Of a stretch of DNA of 64,000 nucleotides, positions 58,306 through 64,000 are shown piece by piece. The first letter of the stretch is position 1. Every line of letters starts with the position of its first letter. The position numbers and the translations under genes were made by a program. The stretch spans positions 662-64,661 of the forward strand of contig JASFYH010000007.1 of NCBI GenBank assembly GCA_030055595.1. The letters run 5' to 3'. Origin of the DNA: Archaeoglobales archaeon. Lineage in GTDB: Archaea; Halobacteriota; Archaeoglobi; Archaeoglobales; Archaeoglobaceae. The notes under the pieces were generated by a model. The model had not been told where the DNA came from and made no database searches. It saw only the letters and a list, made by a program, of their open reading frames with translations.

Positions 58306-58986
58306 GTGCAAGAAAGAAAGCTTAAGGAGATCTTAGACCGCTATATGAATTCTGTTCCTGAGATCTCGATCCACTGCGATAGGTGTCTTAAGACGGAGAG
58401 GTATAATGGCAACGTCGTTTTGATGGTTTTAGATGCTTCTTTTACCTCCATAGGTCTTAACTATTTCAAATCAGTTGTTCCGAAGGTTTTGGAGTTCAAA
58501 AAAGCATTCAATAACGTAAAAACTCTCAGAGATTTGGCAAATTCTAACATAGAAGAGCTGAAAAAAGTATGGAGGAACTCAAGATCTTGGAACGTGGCAA
58601 TTCGTACCGCTGAATTTCTTTCCAGTTTGAGCAGTGACGATAAGAGTGCTCTAAGGACGTGGGCAAAAAATTCAAGCCTTGAAAACTGGAAAATGGATCC
58701 CATTGGCAGAATTAAAGGTGTCGGGCTAATAACCTACCAGTATTTGAGAATGATGGGCGGTGTTGACACGGTTATGCCTGACAAGATCGTAAAGAGAGTA
58801 ATTAACAGGATCCTCGTTGAGGCGGGACTTGAAGCGGTTGAAGACGATCTTGAATTCATAAAAGTTGTCTATAAAATTGCTAAAATATGCAATTACAGAG
58901 CTATAGAGCTTTGCTGGATGACTTGGCTCGTGCAATACAGCGAAGAGCAGAGAAATAGATATCTAAAGCTACTATACGAATTATAA
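58306..58986 (+). CDS. Hypothetical helix-hairpin-helix protein (distant HhH-GPD/EndoIII-like layout)
   Basis: 226 aa, GTG start. IGRIKGVGLITYQYLRMMGGVDTVMPDKIVKRVINRIL resembles the LPGVG...pVDtHV.RV..R segment of EndoIII-like enzymes. No C-terminal 4-Cys Fe-S loop. Confidence 0.45.
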   Translation: MQERKLKEILDRYMNSVPEISIHCDRCLKTERYNGNVVLMVLDASFTSIGLNYFKSVVPKVLEFKKAFNNVKTLRDLANSNIEELKKVWRNSRSWNVAIRTAEFLSSLSSDDKSALRTWAKNSSLENWKMDPIGRIKGVGLITYQYLRMMGGVDTVMPDKIVKRVINRILVEAGLEAVEDDLEFIKVVYKIAKICNYRAIELCWMTWLVQYSEEQRNRYLKLLYEL

Positions 58987-61098
58987 CTAAAGCTTTAATC
59001 TTCTCAGGCTCAGTGAATTCATCACAACGCTAAAGCTACTCATAGCCATGGCTCCCGCAGACCACTCTGGACGGAAAGGAATGCTGAAGAGAAGGAATGA
59101 AAGCCCACCTGCAAACGGAATGAGTATTGCATTGTAAAAAACCGCCCAAAAGAGGTTTTGTCTGATCTTCGCCATAATTTTCCTGCACAACTTTATCGCC
59201 TTCACGACTTCTGTCGGATCATCTTTTAGCAAAGCAATGTCTCCCGCCTCAACCGCTATGTCTTCAGCTTTTCCGATTGCAATTCCAACGTTTGCCTGAG
59301 CCAATGCGGGAGCGTCGTTTATGCCATCTCCAACAAAAATCACCGCATTTCCCCTTTCCTGAAAATCTTTAACGACTTTAAACTTCTCGGTCGGTAGAAC
59401 CTCTGCAAAAATGAAGTCAACCGCAAGAGTTTTCCCAATCTCCTCAGCAACGCTTTTTCGATCTCCACTCACGATTCCAACCTTAAAACCCATTCTCTTA
59501 AGTTCTGCAATCGTCTTAACGCTGTTCTCCTTTAATTCATCTTTGATCACAAATTGCCCCGCAATTTTGCCTTCAACTGCCAGAAATACTCCATCTCCTT
59601 CTGCATTAATCCCCTTCTCTTTAAGAAATTCTGAATTGCCCAGAATAACCTCTTTTCCATCAATTTTAGCTAAAACGCCTTTTCCAGCAAAAACTGTGAA
59701 TTCTTCTGGCTCCAATGGTTCAATTCCTAATTCTTTAGCCTTATCCATTATTGCTCTCGCAATGGGATGATCTGAGAACTTCTCCGCTGAGACCGCAAGT
59801 TTTAGCAATTCTTCTTCTGACAAGCCATAGCTAACGACTTTCACAAGTTCTGGCTTTCCCTTAGTCAGCGTGCCAGTTTTATCAAACAAAATTACTCTGC
59901 TTTTTGTAGCTTCTTCAATAGCCTCCGCATTTCTTATTAAAATTCCTTTCTCCGCTCCTTTTCCAAGTCCAACCGTTATAGCTGTTGGAATTGCCAAGCC
60001 AAAGGCACATGGACAGGCTATCACAATAACGCTCAGCAGAGTTGTGAAAGCAAAAAGTGAACCCTCTGCCAAGAGCCAGTAAAGGGAGCAAATGATTGCG
60101 ATTGACAACACAGCGGGTATGAAGTAAACTACAACTCTGTCTGCAATTCTCTGCACTTCTGGCTTTGAGCTTTGAGCAAGCTCCGTGATTCTTATGATCT
60201 GCGAAAGCAAGCTCTCTTCTCCGACCTTTTCAGCCTTTATTTTGAGTATTGAATTCTGGTTGACAGTCCCACCTACAACTCTGTCTCCCGCTCTTTTGAA
60301 AACTGGCAATGGCTCGCCCGTGATCATCGATTCATCCACATAGCTCTCTCCTCCAACCACAATTCCATCTACAGGGATTCTTTCGCCCGGTTTGACGATA
60401 ACTACTTCCCCAATGCTCAAATCGGAAATTGGTATCTTTAGCTCTTCGCCATTTCTTATGACTTTTGCTTCCTTTGCCTGAATTGCTAAAAGTTTTTTAA
60501 TTGCCTCTCCCGTTCTACTCTTTGCCCTTGCTTCCAAGTATTTACCAAGGAGCAGAAAGCTCATAAGGATTACACTCTCCGGGTAGAAGTTGAAATCCCT
60601 TGGAATTAGCCTTATAGTTGCCAATATACTCGAAATGTAGGCTGAACTTATTCCGATCGCATACATAACCTCCATTGTGAGCGTCCCTCTTTTAATAGAG
60701 CCAAATGCTTTCTTGAAGACCTCTCTGCCAGCATAAGCTATTGCAAAGCTTGCAATTGCTAATTGGATTTCGAGAGCTAAAAGATCCTTGGAGACAAAAA
60801 GAAAGACTCCCGAGATCCACGCTATGGCTAGATTTTTCTTAGCATTTCTTAATTGCTCTTTTTCATCTTCAGTTGTCTCTTCAACTCCAATGAATTCGTA
60901 GCCAATTTTTTCGATCTCATTTCTTAGATCTTCAATCCCGATCTTTGAGGGATCAAAAACGATCCTTGCTTTTTCTGTTGCTAAGTTAACGTTTGCCTCA
61001 ATCACCCCGGGCAACCTTTTTAGAGTCTCTTCTATTGTCTTCGCACACATTGCACAGCTCATTCCGCCTATTTTTGCAGAGATCTCGGTAACAGGCAC
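58987..61098 (-). CDS. copA: Copper-translocating P1B-type ATPase
   Basis: 703 aa. N-terminal HMA domain [17 protein letters not shown] motif (ACPCAFGLA), [17 protein letters not shown]. Confidence 0.9.
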   Translation of the reverse strand: MPVTEISAKIGGMSCAMCAKTIEETLKRLPGVIEANVNLATEKARIVFDPSKIGIEDLRNEIEKIGYEFIGVEETTEDEKEQLRNAKKNLAIAWISGVFLFVSKDLLALEIQLAIASFAIAYAGREVFKKAFGSIKRGTLTMEVMYAIGISSAYISSILATIRLIPRDFNFYPESVILMSFLLLGKYLEARAKSRTGEAIKKLLAIQAKEAKVIRNGEELKIPISDLSIGEVVIVKPGERIPVDGIVVGGESYVDESMITGEPLPVFKRAGDRVVGGTVNQNSILKIKAEKVGEESLLSQIIRITELAQSSKPEVQRIADRVVVYFIPAVLSIAIICSLYWLLAEGSLFAFTTLLSVIVIACPCAFGLAIPTAITVGLGKGAEKGILIRNAEAIEEATKSRVILFDKTGTLTKGKPELVKVVSYGLSEEELLKLAVSAEKFSDHPIARAIMDKAKELGIEPLEPEEFTVFAGKGVLAKIDGKEVILGNSEFLKEKGINAEGDGVFLAVEGKIAGQFVIKDELKENSVKTIAELKRMGFKVGIVSGDRKSVAEEIGKTLAVDFIFAEVLPTEKFKVVKDFQERGNAVIFVGDGINDAPALAQANVGIAIGKAEDIAVEAGDIALLKDDPTEVVKAIKLCRKIMAKIRQNLFWAVFYNAILIPFAGGLSFLLFSIPFRPEWSAGAMAMSSFSVVMNSLSLRRLKL

Positions 61099-61204
61099 AA
61101 TGAATCTGATATTTCAAAAGGTTAAACTTTTCGTGCTTTTTCTTCTATCGGAATTTTAGGATCCGAAGAGGCAAATCTTCTTTAATACTTCTCGAAGCTA
61201 TATT

Positions 61205-62242
61205 GTGCGCCTCAGGGAGATCTTCGTAGAGAAGCTCAGAGAACATGGAATTAAGAAGATCGGAACAAGGATCAAGAGGATCCTCTATTCGAATGATCCC
61301 GTAAGGGCTATGGCTATTGCAGTCGCAAATGGATCTGCGAGTGTTTTTGAGGGCGGTGATGACTTGGAGTTCTCCTTTAGCCTCGATGGAAAATACTTAC
61401 AAGAACCACCAGATGCCTATATCGGCAAAAGTGGTAATTTCGTTTTTGGTAAAAAAGAGCTGATCGGAGGGGCTGATTTTCCATTCTTGGCTGTTGATTG
61501 CAGGTTTTACGATCTGCACTCTGAAAAGGAGAAGAAGAAGATCGCTCTCCAAGTCACCAAAACCTTAGGCACTGTTAGAGAGTTTATGTGGGATGAAAAA
61601 CTAATAGTTGCTGGTAAAGACTTTGGCGTTGGAGTTTACTGCGAAAGACTTGAAGATTTCTTGCTGAGCAAAGGGATCCAAGAGGTTGTTCTGCTCGATC
61701 CAAAAGGAGATAAGCGGTTTGATCAGAAAAGAGCGGATTGCTACGTCATTGGCGGTATTGTTGACAAGGCAGAGAACAGAGATCTTACCGCTTTGGTCGG
61801 AGAAGGGCTCGAAAGAGCGGGAATTAAATGTGATCGGAGAAGAATTGAGCTAAGAGGCGACATAATAGGTGTGCCGGACAGGATTAACCACATCGCAGAG
61901 ATCGTTTTGAAGGTTGTGCTCGACGGATTTGCCTTGGAACCCGCAATAAGGAGTGTTCAGCCAATCACAGTGGCAAAGTGGAGACTCAGAAAGGAGTTGC
62001 CGAAGAAAAGCATTAGAGTGCGAGTTGGAAATAAAACGATCAGAGTTGTCTCGAAGAGCATATTTAAAGAATTTGACTGGCTTAATCTTCGCCTTTCGGA
62101 TTTCTACGACGTTTCCAGAGAGCAGAAGCTATACGTAGTCTCCGAGGAGCTAATGCAAAAACTCAGGGGGCTTGAATGGGAAGAAAAAAGAAGATCTTAT
62201 GTTCTAAACCAATCCAGCGAAGAATTTCTCGGCGGTCTTTGA
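61205..62242 (+). CDS. Trm10-type SPOUT tRNA (purine9-N1) methyltransferase (tentative)
   Basis: 345 aa, GTG start. VVLLDPKGDKRF...DCYVIGGIVDKA...IELRGDIIGVPDRINHIAEIVL fits my memory of the Trm10 SPOUT core. Confidence 0.5.
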   Translation: MRLREIFVEKLREHGIKKIGTRIKRILYSNDPVRAMAIAVANGSASVFEGGDDLEFSFSLDGKYLQEPPDAYIGKSGNFVFGKKELIGGADFPFLAVDCRFYDLHSEKEKKKIALQVTKTLGTVREFMWDEKLIVAGKDFGVGVYCERLEDFLLSKGIQEVVLLDPKGDKRFDQKRADCYVIGGIVDKAENRDLTALVGEGLERAGIKCDRRRIELRGDIIGVPDRINHIAEIVLKVVLDGFALEPAIRSVQPITVAKWRLRKELPKKSIRVRVGNKTIRVVSKSIFKEFDWLNLRLSDFYDVSREQKLYVVSEELMQKLRGLEWEEKRRSYVLNQSSEEFLGGL

Positions 62243-63463
62243 GAATCTCTCCAGAATTTTCTCCTTACCTTCGAAATAGCCATTCTCTACGACGATTTTT
62301 CCATCCACGACCACTGTGTCAACGCATTCGCTTGAGGCAGAATAAACAAGGTTCGCTACTAAGTCGTGGCATGGATTCATTGAGACCTTGCTGAGATTGA
62401 TCAGCACAAGATCTGCAAGCCAGCCAACCTCTAATTTGCCCGCTTTTATTCCAAAAGCCTTCGAAGCGTTTTCTGTGGCAATTCTAAAGGCATCTACTGC
62501 CTTAAATAGGTCCGCTCCGTAGTAGAATTTTTGAAGCAAAGCGGAGAACTTCATTTCCCTAAGAATGTCAAGGGAGTTGTTACTCGCCGCCCCATCTGTG
62601 CCAAGAAGCACGTTTAGCCCAGCTTTTTTCATTTCAGGATAATTCAAAGCTTTGCCCACGCTAAGCTTCATGTTGCTCGCAGGGCAGTGCACCGCATTAA
62701 CTCCACGCTTCGCCATTAGCTCGATCTCGCTTCCTTCAAGCCAGACGCAGTGTGCTGAAATTAGCCTCGGGCTAAGGAATCCAATTTCGTCCAATGCCTT
62801 TACAATTCCCTTTCCATGCTTTTTCTTGAACTCCAAGACTTCTTTCTCGGTTTCTGCAAGGTGGAAGTGCACGAATATGTTCTCTCGCTCAGCAATTTCC
62901 ATTGCCCTTTGCAAACCTTCAAGGCTTACCGTGTAAACCGCATGCGGGGCTATAGCTCTTAGAACTCTGAAGTTCTTGAGCTCCTTAAGCTCCTTCTCGA
63001 CTCTTTTTAGATTGACCTCGAGCAGATCCTTGCTAAAGAAATCAAAGAAAGCTGAAGAGAGGCATGCCCTAATTCCAGTCTCTTCAACCGCCCTTGCGGT
63101 CGCTTGGGGGAAGAAATACATGTCAAGGAAAAAAGTTGTTCCGCTTTTCAGCATTTCAATGCATGCAAGCTTTGAAGCCCAGTAAACAACTTCTTCATTC
63201 AGCTTTGCCTCAGCAGGCCAGATCTTCTTTTCAAGCCACTCTTGCAACGGCATGTCGTCAGCATAGCCTCTGAATAGAGTCATCGCCGCATGTGTGTGTG
63301 AATTGAAAAGCCCCGGGATCACTGCAAGCCCTCTTCCATCGATCACGTAATCGCTTTTACTCTTCACATCTCCTATTGCTGAGATCTTGTTTTCTTCAAT
63401 CAGAATATTTGTGGAGATCAGCTTATCATTGCGTAGCACTTTTGCATTTTCGATCAGAATCAT
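62204..63463 (-). CDS. mtaD: MtaD/DadD-family amidohydrolase (nucleoside deaminase), paralogue 2
   Basis: 419 aa. PGLFNSHTHAAMTLFRGYADDMPLQEWLEKKIWP, HLAET, LLGTDGAASNN. Confidence 0.75.
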   Translation of the reverse strand: MILIENAKVLRNDKLISTNILIEENKISAIGDVKSKSDYVIDGRGLAVIPGLFNSHTHAAMTLFRGYADDMPLQEWLEKKIWPAEAKLNEEVVYWASKLACIEMLKSGTTFFLDMYFFPQATARAVEETGIRACLSSAFFDFFSKDLLEVNLKRVEKELKELKNFRVLRAIAPHAVYTVSLEGLQRAMEIAERENIFVHFHLAETEKEVLEFKKKHGKGIVKALDEIGFLSPRLISAHCVWLEGSEIELMAKRGVNAVHCPASNMKLSVGKALNYPEMKKAGLNVLLGTDGAASNNSLDILREMKFSALLQKFYYGADLFKAVDAFRIATENASKAFGIKAGKLEVGWLADLVLINLSKVSMNPCHDLVANLVYSASSECVDTVVVDGKIVVENGYFEGKEKILERFSKTAEKFFAGLV

Positions 63464-63542
63464 GAAATATGGTGGCTCTTGTATTTAAAAAACTGTCTGG
63501 CAATTTTCGAAAATTATTTATATTTTTTTGAATGCTAAGGAT

Positions 63543-64000
63543 ATGCTCATACCTTCGGAACACGAAGGTGTAAGGGTTGTGAAATGTGGAACCGACGTTG
63601 GCGGTGGGAGAGTTCTCTACTGGGTATATTTCTATGTCTATAAAGACTTTCTGTTCGATTCTGGATGCCCCCATACAGCAAAAGAGGTTTTTGAGGTGTT
63701 TAAGGACAAAAAGGCTTTAATGATCACACATTACCACGAAGATCACAGCGGTGGTGCAATAGAACTTCAAAAAGTTATGAAAGTGTTTGCTCCAAAAAGG
63801 TCACTTGAGATCCTTAGAGACCCGCCAGAGGTTTTGCAGTATAGAAAGATCGTCTGGGGACAGCCTACTCCCGTGATTGCTGAGCCTTTAGAAGAGATGC
63901 CTTTTAAGGAGATCGAAGTCATAGAAACACCCGGGCACAGCTTTGACCATGTAAGCTTCCTCATAGACAGAAAACTCTTCTGCGGTGATCTTGTCGTTAC
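63543..64000 (+). CDS. Metallo-beta-lactamase-fold hydrolase (5' part, continues beyond the window)
   Basis: Not in track (no stop). Hand translation from ATG 63543: MLIPSEHEGVRVVKCG...DSGCPHTAKEV...ALMITHYHEDHSGGA...ETPGHSFDHVSF. Contains the HxHxDH and downstream His motifs. Confidence 0.75.
   Translation, partial: MLIPSEHEGVRVVKCGTDVGGGRVLYWVYFYVYKDFLFDSGCPHTAKEVFEVFKDKKALMITHYHEDHSGGAIELQKVMKVFAPKRSLEILRDPPEVLQYRKIVWGQPTPVIAEPLEEMPFKEIEVIETPGHSFDHVSFLIDRKLFCGDLVV

Noticed and set aside
1-64000. CRISPR array, IS element or prophage content
   Set aside because: Reading through the intergenic regions I saw no regularly spaced direct repeats and no transposase, integrase or capsid-like translations. 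The longest non-coding stretches (39.05-39.13, 42.48-42.79, 43.64-44.09 kb) look like decayed genes or AT-rich spacers.

Overview
Gene-dense (about 90% coding) chromosomal segment of a euryarchaeon, with Archaeoglobi-like content. Archaeal hallmarks include aTrm56, archaeal-type SAM synthetase, RtcB, Elp3, the HMG-CoA synthase/thiolase/DUF35 trio, an AGOG remnant, an iron-sulfur flavoprotein and short TATA-type promoters. Most of the window is housekeeping. It holds a fully translationally coupled trpCDEGFBA operon, argG, pyrC, pyrE, purB, cimA/leuA-type synthase, serB, mtnA, copA, tatA, one tRNA-Ser(UGA), and a GlcD-type flavoenzyme flanked by two HdrD-like CCG Fe-S proteins. No CRISPR array, transposase, integrase or recognisable defence gene was seen. 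Items worth a second look: (1) a 434-aa protein built from three tandem internal repeats; (2) a coupled pair of radical-SAM genes (SPASM type with an N-terminal Cys-rich extension, plus a B12-binding class B type); (3) a four-gene overlapping operon of thioredoxin, TrmB-like wHTH, 2x[4Fe-4S] ferredoxin and an unknown 173-aa protein; (4) a bacterial-type SpoVG homologue with a strong Shine-Dalgarno site; (5) an unannotated C/D box sRNA candidate; (6) a roughly 5-kb gene-decay tract with an AGOG pseudogene, a 5'-truncated ADP-ribosylglycohydrolase and two start-less remnants; (7) a frameshifted prenyltransferase-repeat gene; (8) a PAS/GAF sensor with a His-to-Asp H-box and no ATPase domain; (9) apparent GATC over-representation. 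All family calls come from reading the translations and remembered motifs. No database search was run.
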